The position numbers were made by a program, and so were the translations under genes. A stretch of 64,000 bases of DNA from an uncultured Streptosporangiaceae bacterium (GTDB lineage Bacteria > Actinomycetota > Actinomycetes > Streptosporangiales > Streptosporangiaceae), in contig CAYPQM010000002.1 in the NCBI GenBank assembly GCA_964412845.1, forward strand, positions 14,497 through 78,496, read 5' to 3'. Positions 1 to 7,674 of the stretch are shown one piece after another. The notes under the pieces are model-generated. The model did not search any database. It saw nothing but the letters and a program-made list of their open reading frames with translations, and had not been told where the DNA came from. The first letter of the stretch is position 1; each line of letters opens with the position of its first letter.

Positions 1-325
1 GCTGACCGGGTGGCCACGGCGCGCTGTGCCGGGGCCAGGACGCGCCGATGCCGGGCGACGGAGACGAACTCGCGCCGGACCGGCCCCGCCTGAACCCCAA
101 CGTGCGTCCTCATCGCACGGCGCCCAGGTGTCCGATGGCCCTCGAAGACCTCTGGCGATCCGGATCCTGCTGACAACCTCCGGCCCGTCATGCTTCGTGC
201 CGTCGCGGCCCGAATCTCAGCCGTACGTGTATCCGGCGGACCCTCTTCACCTGATGGTGTGACCTGCGGGAATCCGATTCTCGAGTGCCGTTTTTAACCA
301 GTATCGTGTCCTTGGGTGTTTCCTC

Positions 326-354
326 GGCCGTCCGGCACATCAGGCCGGACGGCC
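326..354 (+). terminator. GC-rich hairpin (11-bp stem GGCCGTCCGGC / GCCGGACGGCC) followed by TCCCCTTTCC
   Basis: Perfect inverted repeat read directly. Implies the following + strand gene starts after 354. Confidence 0.4.
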
Positions 355-420
355 TCCCCTTTCCCGGTCGCAGCGCTGCCGGATCCTTGCCCTGGACTGC
401 CCGCGTCTCGGACAGAGACG

Positions 421-978
421 ATGAATTCGCACCTCCGCCCCCACGCGAACGGAGCGCTCACCATGGACACCACCAGCGCGGACGAAGCCGCCGAGCAGAT
501 CCTCCAGGACGCCGGCACCACCTACCACGAGGCGCATGGCTTCTACCTGCGTGCGGTCGCCGCCGAGCTCGACCGCCGCGGCGTCCCCGTCCTCGAAGTC
601 GGCGCCCACCCGGATGATCCCCGCAGCGGCTTCATCGCCGTCGACGTCCTGGCCAAGCCCGACGACGACAGCTTGTTCGTCGCCTGGCACGAGGAGGACG
701 GCTGGACCTACTGCCCGTGTGCCGACGAGGAAGGCAGGCCGTACGACGACATCGCGCTCAGCGTGGAGCTGCTCGCCTACCCGGTCGACGTGGTCTCCGC
801 GTTCCTCGCGGCCCTCGGCCGCGACGTCCTTCCAGTGCCGGCTCAGTGGGAGCCGCCAGCTGGGTACATCTCCGAGATCACCAGGAGCGAGTTCACTGAA
901 ACCAGCCCCGATCTCGAGCGCTCCCTGGTCGCGTACATCGGCTACCCAGGTGCCGACTGCGAACGGTACGCAGGCTGA
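421..978 (+). CDS. Hypothetical protein (alternative start 463)
   Basis: Frame of track ORF 316..978. The start is moved past the hairpin at 326..354. Acidic, protein-like composition from MNSHL/MDTTSADE onward. Confidence 0.5.
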   Translation: MNSHLRPHANGALTMDTTSADEAAEQILQDAGTTYHEAHGFYLRAVAAELDRRGVPVLEVGAHPDDPRSGFIAVDVLAKPDDDSLFVAWHEEDGWTYCPCADEEGRPYDDIALSVELLAYPVDVVSAFLAALGRDVLPVPAQWEPPAGYISEITRSEFTETSPDLERSLVAYIGYPGADCERYAG

Positions 979-996
979 GATGGCAGGACATCCGGG

Positions 997-1209
997 ATGA
1001 CCAGCACCCTGGATCTCGCGCGGAGTCTCGCCGCCCGATACGGCGTCGATGTCCTCGAGATGATCAGGCCCGTGGTGAGCTACACCGCAGAGATCGTCGA
1101 CGACCCGGCCCTGTGGGACGAGGACGCGCAGGAGCTCTTTGACGCAGGCGTCGAGGTCGTGTCCGGCGAGATTGCCGTATGGCAGGGCGAGGGTCCCGAA
1201 CTGTACTGA
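997..1209 (+). CDS. Hypothetical small acidic protein (70 aa)
   Basis: Track ORF with protein-like composition, followed by the hairpin at 1223..1249. Confidence 0.5.
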   Translation: MTSTLDLARSLAARYGVDVLEMIRPVVSYTAEIVDDPALWDEDAQELFDAGVEVVSGEIAVWQGEGPELY

Positions 1210-1222
1210 TCAGCCGCGCAGC

Positions 1223-1249
1223 ACCGCCCGGTCCGCCAGGCCGGGCGGT
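1223..1249 (+). terminator. Hairpin (ACCGCCCGG-N9-CCGGGCGGT) after the 997..1209 gene
   Basis: 9-bp inverted repeat in a convergent intergenic region. Confidence 0.45.
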
Positions 1250-1339
1250 CGGTGCGTTCCGCTGACAGTGCCAGCACGAACTACTACCGGAGGAGCACCT
1301 CCGATGCCTGTGAACGCCAGCACCCGCACGCAGAACAGC

Positions 1340-1358
1340 GCCCGGCCGTTGGCCGGGC
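1340..1358 (-). terminator. Hairpin GCCCGGCC-gtt-GGCCGGGC about 28 nt downstream of the NUDIX stop
   Basis: Perfect 8-bp stem with a 3-nt loop at the end of the minus-strand operon. Confidence 0.5.
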
Positions 1359-1385
1359 GCTGCGCGTGTCTGGCAGAGGCAGGGC

Positions 1386-1853
1386 TCAGCTGCCGACGTC
1401 GTACCCAGCGGCCACGATCAGCGCCCGCGCGTCCCGGACGATCCGGGCGTGGTCGAACGCAACCTTCGCCGCGGGGTCCAGAACCTCGTTGACGAAGACC
1501 CACTCGACGTCGGCGGCATCGTCGCCGGCCGTGACCGCGGGTCGCTTGGGGAGCACGACCGTGTACGCGAAGGTGACGTAACGGCCACGCGGGTCCCGTC
1601 CCGGTTCGGCGTAGACGCCGACGGGCTTAAGGGTCCTGCCGCCCAGGTCCAGATTGGTCTCCTCGGTGAGCTCGCGGCGCGCGGCCAGCTCGATGTCCTC
1701 GCCCGGGTCGACGTGTCCGCCCGGGAGCGCCAGGGCCCCGGCGAACGGCTCGTACGCGCGGCGGATCATCAGGACGTACAACTCGCCATCGTTGATGCCA
1801 AAGACAACAACGTCCACTGTCAGCCTGGCGGTCTCTCGCCCGGTATCGGTCAT
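1386..1853 (-). CDS. NUDIX hydrolase (155 aa)
   Basis: Nudix box GHVDPGEDIELAARRELTEETNL (GX5EX7REUXEEXGU-like). Start is MTDTGRE (residue 96 of track ORF 1386..2138). Confidence 0.9.
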   Translation of the reverse strand: MTDTGRETARLTVDVVVFGINDGELYVLMIRRAYEPFAGALALPGGHVDPGEDIELAARRELTEETNLDLGGRTLKPVGVYAEPGRDPRGRYVTFAYTVVLPKRPAVTAGDDAADVEWVFVNEVLDPAAKVAFDHARIVRDARALIVAAGYDVGS

Positions 1854-1881
1854 GATCAGGTTCCTTTCGAAGGGAAGGTAT

Positions 1882-3273
1882 CTAGCTGGGCTGCTCGGCA
1901 GCTGTCGCGAGCGGCTGGGGTCCGGCCGATGCGCCGGCCCAGACCGGTGCCTCAAGGCTGACCTCGACGGCAGCGCGCGTGGACCAGCCGGTTCGGGCGA
2001 AGGTGCACAGCCCGACCCACTGCAGGACCCAGCCCAGGTACAGCTGCAGGACCGAGGCGACCGGGGCCAGCGCGAACGTGAGCCACTGCGATCCGCGGGG
2101 CAGGTCGGTCCGGACCAGGGACAGGTAGCGCACAGCACCGACGTAGGACAGCAGGACGTACACCGCGGCGAAGCCGGCGGCCGTGTGCCAGTCCTGGCAG
2201 CTGCGCCACAGCACCGCCGGCAGGATCAGCGCCATCCACGCGAACGTGATGAAGTCCCAGGTGACCATCCACCAGGCGATCCGGCGGGCCTGGAAGTTCC
2301 GCAGGAACCAGGCGTTGCCCCACCAGAATGACCGCCACCAGCGCGTCCGCTGCTTGGACAGGTGCCGCAGCGTCACCGGGTGCAGGGTGTAGCCCAGCGC
2401 GCGCCGCTGGAACACGGTGCGCCCGGCCTTGAGCGCGAACTTGGTGAGCATCGCGTCGTCACCGCTGGCGACCTGGCGGCCCGCGACCGTCTGGCCGAGG
2501 TAGAACTCGAGGTTGTCCCGGACGACGCGGCCGCGGTAGAACGCCAAGCCGCCGGCGTTCACCGTGACCGAGCCGAGCCGGGAGTACTGGGCCCGCCCGG
2601 ACAGGAACGAGCAGACGAACCCGAGGTCGACCAGCCGCGTGAGCAGGTTCGCGGTGGTGTTCGCACCGACCAGGAACCCGGCCACGGACATGGTCCGGCG
2701 CCTGGTGAACGGCATCAGCCCGTACTCGATCGCCCCGGGGTCCAGGATGACGTCGGAGTCGACGGTCACGTAGATGTCGGCGGCCGGGTCCATCTCGAAC
2801 GCCCGCGCCTGGGCGTGCCGCTTGCCGCCGTTGTCCTGGCGCACGAAGTCGGCCTCCAGGCCGTCCGGGCACCGGGCACCGTGCCAGGTCTCGAACACCA
2901 GCTGGCAGTCGCGGGTGTCGGATCCGTCGTCGACGACGATGAGCCGGGCCGGGAGCCGGGTCTGCGCGCCCAGGGAGTCGAGCATCCGGGCGAACATCGC
3001 CGGGTCCTCGTTGAACAGCGGCACCACCACCGTGACGTGCAGCGCGGCGAGCTTCGCCGCCGTCGCGCCGGTGGCCGGCACGATCGTGTCGCGGTGGGCT
3101 TGGGCCAGGACGGCCATGAGGACGAGCCAGCAGAACGCCGCGGTGGCGACCGCCGCGGCGTTGCTGGGGTGGCCGGACATCAGGGCGTCGGCGTGCCGTA
3201 GCCCGAGCCAGCCGAGGACGGCGGCCAGGGCGAGCAGGACCAGCGGGTAGCTGCGGCGCGGGCGCACGGTCAC
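1882..3273 (-). CDS. Processive family-2 glycosyltransferase, NodC/HasA (chitin/hyaluronan synthase)-like, multi-TM
   Basis: Motifs VVVPLFNE, VVDDGS, VDSD, SGDDAMLT and KQRTRWWRS (QxxRW), with N- and C-terminal TM segments. GTG start overlaps the upstream stop (GTGA). Confidence 0.9.
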   Translation of the reverse strand: MTVRPRRSYPLVLLALAAVLGWLGLRHADALMSGHPSNAAAVATAAFCWLVLMAVLAQAHRDTIVPATGATAAKLAALHVTVVVPLFNEDPAMFARMLDSLGAQTRLPARLIVVDDGSDTRDCQLVFETWHGARCPDGLEADFVRQDNGGKRHAQARAFEMDPAADIYVTVDSDVILDPGAIEYGLMPFTRRRTMSVAGFLVGANTTANLLTRLVDLGFVCSFLSGRAQYSRLGSVTVNAGGLAFYRGRVVRDNLEFYLGQTVAGRQVASGDDAMLTKFALKAGRTVFQRRALGYTLHPVTLRHLSKQRTRWWRSFWWGNAWFLRNFQARRIAWWMVTWDFITFAWMALILPAVLWRSCQDWHTAAGFAAVYVLLSYVGAVRYLSLVRTDLPRGSQWLTFALAPVASVLQLYLGWVLQWVGLCTFARTGWSTRAAVEVSLEAPVWAGASAGPQPLATAAEQPS

Positions 3274-3425
3274 CGCTGCTTGAGCTTGGCGTGGGCGCGC
3301 ATGCTCAGCGCGCCGATCAGCACGAAGGCGGCGGCCGCGATGGCGAGCCAGGGCACGGTGACGCCGGCGACGGCGACTCCGGCCAGCGCGGCACCGGTGT
3401 GGGCCAGGGTGGGGCGTCCATACAT
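3270..3425 (-). CDS. Small membrane protein (51 aa) translationally coupled to the GT2 gene
   Basis: MYGRPTLAHTGAALAGVAVAGVTVPWLAIAAAAFVLIGALS... with AAAGGA upstream. Its stop overlaps the GT2 GTG start. Confidence 0.6.
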   Translation of the reverse strand: MYGRPTLAHTGAALAGVAVAGVTVPWLAIAAAAFVLIGALSMRAHAKLKQR

Positions 3426-3546
3426 GAGCAGGGGGTCCTTTCGGATTGAGAGGTGGATGGCGGCGACGTGCGCGACGCTGGGGAATGGCCCCCGATCAGC
3501 CGGGGGCCCTCGCGCACGTTCTTCCTGGCTGCCCGGCCGCCCGGTG

Positions 3547-4071
3547 CTACTCCGCCCGGACGTCCGGGTCGGAGAACTGTGCGTACAGGGCGTCGGCACG
3601 CTGCAACGTGCCGGGGAACACCGCGCACACCAGCAGCGCGGCGTCCGGGCCCTGGTCGCGGACGCGGTCCTGCGCGACGTCCTCGGCGGCCAGCGGCGAC
3701 AGCGCCCAGACGTGCTCGCAGTACCGCTGGCCGCCGGTGCGCTGGGTCCACTCCGGGTCGGCCCGGTCGATGACCAGGCCCAGGACGGTCCAGTCGGTGA
3801 CCTCGAGCTCGTTCATGTCCGGCGTGAGGTTCTTGGCGTCCGCGTTGCGGACGTCGCGCGGGTCGACGTACAGCGTGTAGCCGTCGGCGGTCGGGACCTT
3901 GCCCTCCAGGACGCCGGCGACGTGGAAGCGCGCGCCGGCCTCGGCCGCGCTCATTCGAGCCAGGTCCTCGGCGGCGCGCGCCGACGTCGCCGTGTACCGG
4001 TCGCCGAAGCGCTCCTGGTTGTGCGGGAAGTACCCGAAGACGCTGAACTCCCGCTCGTCCAGTCCCGTCAT
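3547..4071 (-). CDS. Hypothetical protein (174 aa)
   Basis: C-terminal part of track ORF 3547..4731, from MTGLDERE. ATGA overlap with the upstream lipoprotein gene. Confidence 0.7.
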   Translation of the reverse strand: MTGLDEREFSVFGYFPHNQERFGDRYTATSARAAEDLARMSAAEAGARFHVAGVLEGKVPTADGYTLYVDPRDVRNADAKNLTPDMNELEVTDWTVLGLVIDRADPEWTQRTGGQRYCEHVWALSPLAAEDVAQDRVRDQGPDAALLVCAVFPGTLQRADALYAQFSDPDVRAE

Positions 4072-4697
4072 CGTCGGCCCCCGCGCAGGGACCCGCCGGA
4101 GATGCCGCCGCTGCTGGTCCGGGAGCCGCTGGTGCCGCCGATGGTCGTCTTGGAACCGCCGGTGGTGCCCGTCCCGGACTTGGAGCCGCCGGTCACGCTG
4201 CCCGAGGTGCCGCCGCGCAGGGATCCGCCGCCCATTGTCCCGACCGAGCCGCTGCCCGAGCCGAACTTCAGCTTGGCCGTCGACGGACCGGTCACCGTCT
4301 TGCCGGTGCTGGTCTTGTAGACCGCGGTCTTGGCCGCTGCGGTGATCTGCTTGGAGTACGTCGTGTGGAACACGGTCTCGGTGTGCACGTAAACGGTCCG
4401 GTGCGCCGGAAGCACGTAGACGTTGTAGTAGGCCGGGCTGTCGTAGTACGCGAAGTACTCCTCCTGCCACGACAGCGGCGCCCGGGTCGGGATCCAGCCG
4501 GCGGGGCAGCGGCCGTCGGCCAGCATCTGCTGGGCCTCGTACGGGTCGTCGAGGTAGTAGCAGCGGCCGACGCCGTTGATGACCTGGCCGGCGGCGACCG
4601 GGACGAGAGTGGGCTGCGACCCGCTGGAGCAGCCACCGAGGGTGACACCGAGGAGGATGGCCAGCGCCAGCAGCAGCGCGCGCAGGGTCTTCTTCAT
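4068..4697 (-). CDS. Lipoprotein with a Gly/Ser/Thr-rich C-terminal tail
   Basis: Signal peptide plus lipobox MKKTLRALLLALAILLGVTLGGC. Start is residue 27 of track ORF 4068..4775. Confidence 0.8.
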   Translation of the reverse strand: MKKTLRALLLALAILLGVTLGGCSSGSQPTLVPVAAGQVINGVGRCYYLDDPYEAQQMLADGRCPAGWIPTRAPLSWQEEYFAYYDSPAYYNVYVLPAHRTVYVHTETVFHTTYSKQITAAAKTAVYKTSTGKTVTGPSTAKLKFGSGSGSVGTMGGGSLRGGTSGSVTGGSKSGTGTTGGSKTTIGGTSGSRTSSGGISGGSLRGGRR

Positions 4698-5242
4698 GAG
4701 GCACGCGTTCCTTCGGTGCGCCACAGCGCACGGCCGTTGTTGCGTCCGGTGAACCAGTCCGGGAGTTCGGCCCATGCTTGGCCGAACAGAGCCTCCAGGC
4801 CCTCAGGGCTCTCGGCGAGGATGTCGCGGCACAGGCCGGCGACGGCGCGTGCGTCGGCGAGGAGAACCCCGGGGTCAGCCGTCTCGTGGTCGTCCGGCCA
4901 GGAGTAGGTCGCGCCGGCCGTCTTCGCGAGCTCCTTGACGCGGGCCTCGAGCGCGTCGAGCCGGTCGTAGGAGAAGTGCGCCAACCGGGGGTCGTCTCGG
5001 TACTGCGCCGCGACGTCGGCGCGATAGATCACGCGCGCACGAGCTTCCATCGTCCGGGCCGCGTACTCGCGGGCGAGCGTCTCGTCCTGGTAGGGCTCAG
5101 GGCCGGCCGCGTCGCGCTGACAGGGCTCGCACACCACGGCGGTTTCGGGTGGTGCGCCAGGATCGCACTCGGGGGCGTGGTTGTCCACGCCGTGGTGTGC
5201 TGTGCACACATAGTGGCAGCGCCGGACGGCGGTATCGGTCAT
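4694..5242 (-). CDS. Hypothetical protein with a Cys/His-rich N-terminus (182 aa)
   Basis: MTDTAVRRCHYVCTAHHGVDNHAPECD...VVCEPC. In frame with track ORF 4694..5590. ATGA overlap downstream. Confidence 0.7.
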   Translation of the reverse strand: MTDTAVRRCHYVCTAHHGVDNHAPECDPGAPPETAVVCEPCQRDAAGPEPYQDETLAREYAARTMEARARVIYRADVAAQYRDDPRLAHFSYDRLDALEARVKELAKTAGATYSWPDDHETADPGVLLADARAVAGLCRDILAESPEGLEALFGQAWAELPDWFTGRNNGRALWRTEGTRAS

Positions 5243-5652
5243 GCTCGGGTTCCCTTCTTGATCGATTCGGTGGACTTCCCGACGGCGGGTGCCGCGGGCT
5301 CCTCGGCGAGCGTCAGGCCCTTCAGTGCGAGCGCCGTTTCGATCTCGTTGAGGCGGTTCAGCCCGAGGCCTCGGATGTCGAGCAGGTCGTCGCGGGTTCG
5401 GGTGAGCAGCTGCGCGATGGTGCCGATCCCGCCGCGCCAAAGCGCGCCCTGGGCCGGGTCGGGCAGATTCAGGTCGCGCAGGTCGCTGACCATGAGGCTG
5501 GCCGTGGAGAACACGGCGCGCAGGTCTGCGACGGAGATGCGGATCCGGAATGCCGCGTCGCAGACGATCTCGACGCCGTCCCGGTCGCACCGGTCCAGCG
5601 CCAGACCGATCCGGTCGAGCGGAGTTACGGCAGAGACGTTGCTATCCGGCAT
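5239..5652 (-). CDS. Protein with a C-terminal RNA polymerase alpha-subunit CTD-like helix-hairpin-helix domain
   Basis: GGIGTIAQLLTRTRDDLLDIRGLGLNRLNEIETALALKGLTL resembles the RpoA CTD (..GELV.RTE.DLLDIRNFG.KS..EV...L...GLSL). GGGAGG lies 8 nt before the ATG. Confidence 0.7.
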   Translation of the reverse strand: MPDSNVSAVTPLDRIGLALDRCDRDGVEIVCDAAFRIRISVADLRAVFSTASLMVSDLRDLNLPDPAQGALWRGGIGTIAQLLTRTRDDLLDIRGLGLNRLNEIETALALKGLTLAEEPAAPAVGKSTESIKKGTRA

Positions 5653-6079
5653 GGCTGTCACCTCCCGCAGGATCGGTTGTCGCCATGCACTCGAGGGTGG
5701 CGGCCAGCTCGTCGGCGAGCGCCCGTTGGAGCATGGCCTCGGCGCGCTGGAACCTGATCTGTGCCGTCAGCAGGTTGCTGTAGGCCGCATGGCATACGGC
5801 TTTGAGCTCGGGGATGCTCGTGCCGGTCTGGGCCGGCTCAGCCTCAGCCGGTTCCGGCGGCGCGAGGAGGTCCAGCCCGGCGGCTTCCATCGTGTGGAGG
5901 ATGTCTGCCAGGGACGTTGCGCCCAGGCCCTTCAGCGCGGCGAGTTCAGTGACGCTGAGCTTCGTGAGCTGGCCGATGGTGGTGATGTCACTGTTAGTCA
6001 GTGCGTTGTAGGAGCGCGGGAGCAGGCCCAGTTCGACGATGTGGTCGCCCGGCCGAAGCGCGGTGTCGGTGTCAGCCAT
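5642..6079 (-). CDS. Protein with an N-terminal RNA polymerase alpha-CTD-like domain
   Basis: LGLLPRSYNALTNSDITTIGQLTKLSVTELAALKGLGATSLADILHTMEAAGLDL matches the L.VRSYNCL....I.TVGEL alpha-CTD pattern. Confidence 0.75.
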   Translation of the reverse strand: MADTDTALRPGDHIVELGLLPRSYNALTNSDITTIGQLTKLSVTELAALKGLGATSLADILHTMEAAGLDLLAPPEPAEAEPAQTGTSIPELKAVCHAAYSNLLTAQIRFQRAEAMLQRALADELAATLECMATTDPAGGDSHAG

Positions 6080-6476
6080 GGTCGTCGCTCACCGCCCCAC
6101 TCAGCGCACAGACGTGGAGCTCGGCGAAGCGCGCGAGGTCGACGAGCGTCCAGGCGTGCCCGGTGGTGCGGTAGCCGCAGTTGCGGCATCCGATCTCGAC
6201 GGCGCCCTGCTGGGCGCGCACGTCGAAGTCGCGGATAGTGCCGGCGCTGATGGCGCGGATCGGGCTGTCGGGCCACTCGACGGCGATGATCGCCTCGGTG
6301 AGGGTGTTGGCCAGGCGGTTGCGGACCAGGTTCGCGGCGCTGTAGCCGAGGCCGGAGAACCGCGGGTCGTCGCGGACGATCTGGCCGAGGGCGTCCCAGT
6401 CGACGGCCCGGACTGCGCGGGTGACGAGCTCGATGGCGACGGCTTGGACAAGGTCGTTGTCGGGCAGGTCGTTCAC
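6072..6476 (-). CDS. Hypothetical protein (134 aa), GTG start
   Basis: V129 of track ORF 6072..6860 is a GTG in a GTGA overlap with the upstream stop. The sequence upstream of it is Arg/Pro junk. Confidence 0.6.
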   Translation of the reverse strand: MNDLPDNDLVQAVAIELVTRAVRAVDWDALGQIVRDDPRFSGLGYSAANLVRNRLANTLTEAIIAVEWPDSPIRAISAGTIRDFDVRAQQGAVEIGCRNCGYRTTGHAWTLVDLARFAELHVCALSGAVSDDHG

Positions 6477-6811
6477 GGCCGACTGCCGTTCGTGATCGAC
6501 GGTGCCTGCCGCCGCTGGATCGAGCCGTGGATGTGCTCGCCGATGACACCGACGAGGGCCGCGACATACTCGCCGACCAGGTAGTCGGTGACGGTCTCCC
6601 GCCGCCGCAGTTCGGGCAGCAGGTGCGGGAGGTAGTGACCCAAGTGCAGCAGGATCTTGGCGACGTGCTCCTCGGGGACGTCGGGCAGCTCCTGGCGGAG
6701 GACGGCGGCGAGGCGCGATGCGGGATCGGCCAGGGTGTCGGCCATGGCCCGGCGTCGGCGCAAGTTGTCGCGGACGGCGATGGCGAGGGCGTCGGTGGAC
6801 CGCTCGGGCAT
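6473..6811 (-). CDS. Hypothetical protein (112 aa)
   Basis: MPERSTDALAIAV... is the C-terminal portion of track ORF 6473..7153. Confidence 0.65.
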   Translation of the reverse strand: MPERSTDALAIAVRDNLRRRRAMADTLADPASRLAAVLRQELPDVPEEHVAKILLHLGHYLPHLLPELRRRETVTDYLVGEYVAALVGVIGEHIHGSIQRRQAPSITNGSRP

Positions 6812-6813
6812 GA

Positions 6814-7674
6814 TCAGTCTCCTGTCGGGACAACAACGAGAGCGCCCAAGCGCTGTGCACACCGGTGATCGGCGATGCGCGTCAGCAGCTCGGCGGCGTC
6901 GAGTTCGTAGGGATCGGCGGGGCCGCCGAAGGGCCAGGCGCCGCAGGGATCGTGGCGGACGTAGGCATACGCGCGACCGTCGTCGTCGATGTCGCCGCGG
7001 ATGCTGAACTCGGCGGGCGCGAGCGCTTTCGCGGCCGGCGTCGCGCGGGCGCCGAGCTTGGCCAGGGCGATGAGTTCGCGCATCTCGCTGACCTTCAGGG
7101 TCTTGCGATCGGGGTCGCGTTCCCACGGTGTCGTGGCCGCGATGTGGTTCCAACCTGCGGCGGTGAAGACGTCGACGAACGTCTGGACTCGCGCGACGAC
7201 GTCGGTGTCGTCGTCGGGTTGCCCGGCGCCCATGGCTTCGCCGGCCGCCCGGTTGGCTGCGGCCTCGCCTGCCGTCGTACCGGTCCAGTCGGACCAGGTT
7301 CCGGTGGTTTCGTCGAGCACCTGGGTGTCGAAGCCCTCGACGGGCTCGGGGTCATCGCCGTCGCGGCCGGTGCCGATGAGCCACCAGGTGGTACGGACCC
7401 GGTACGTCCCGTACTGGTCGCCGGCGGGCCACCAATGGCGGTGCGGGTCATGGGCGAACCAGCAGCTCGCGCCCGGGGGCAGCGTTTCGCACTGGGCCGA
7501 GTGGCCCACCTCGTAGAGGTTGTGCAGGCCCGGGTCGAAGGGGTGGTCGCCCTGGAACAGCCGCAAGGTGTGCCAGGCGAAGGCCGCGCCGGTGCTGCTG
7601 GAGTAGCTGTCGTCGTCCTCGGCGGAAGCGCGCAGCGCCTTGACCACGTTCTCAGTGGGATTCGCCATGATCAC
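6814..7674 (-). CDS. Hypothetical phage protein (286 aa; alternative ATG at 7668)
   Basis: Track ORF with protein-like, Trp-rich composition. GTGA overlap with the DnaB-like stop. Confidence 0.7.
   Translation of the reverse strand: MIMANPTENVVKALRASAEDDDSYSSSTGAAFAWHTLRLFQGDHPFDPGLHNLYEVGHSAQCETLPPGASCWFAHDPHRHWWPAGDQYGTYRVRTTWWLIGTGRDGDDPEPVEGFDTQVLDETTGTWSDWTGTTAGEAAANRAAGEAMGAGQPDDDTDVVARVQTFVDVFTAAGWNHIAATTPWERDPDRKTLKVSEMRELIALAKLGARATPAAKALAPAEFSIRGDIDDDGRAYAYVRHDPCGAWPFGGPADPYELDAAELLTRIADHRCAQRLGALVVVPTGD

Noticed and set aside
1-315. A coding region at the extreme left edge, for example a minus-strand start MRTHVGVQAGPVRREF.. near position 113 running out of the window, or track ORF 26..262.
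   Set aside because: Too short and compositionally ambiguous to support. It is also unclear whether positions 1..1385 belong to the phage or to flanking DNA.
3547-4731. Track ORF 3547..4731 (394 aa) as a single gene, and likewise the long N-terminal extensions of ORFs 1386..2138, 4694..5590, 6072..6860, 7671..8798, 13603..14409, 18826..20445, 36775..37959, 40498..42102, 42281..43528 and 53323..55275.
   Set aside because: The N-terminal extensions are Arg/Pro-rich and overlap the well-supported upstream gene in another frame. Internal ATG or GTG starts at stop-start overlaps give compact, protein-like products.
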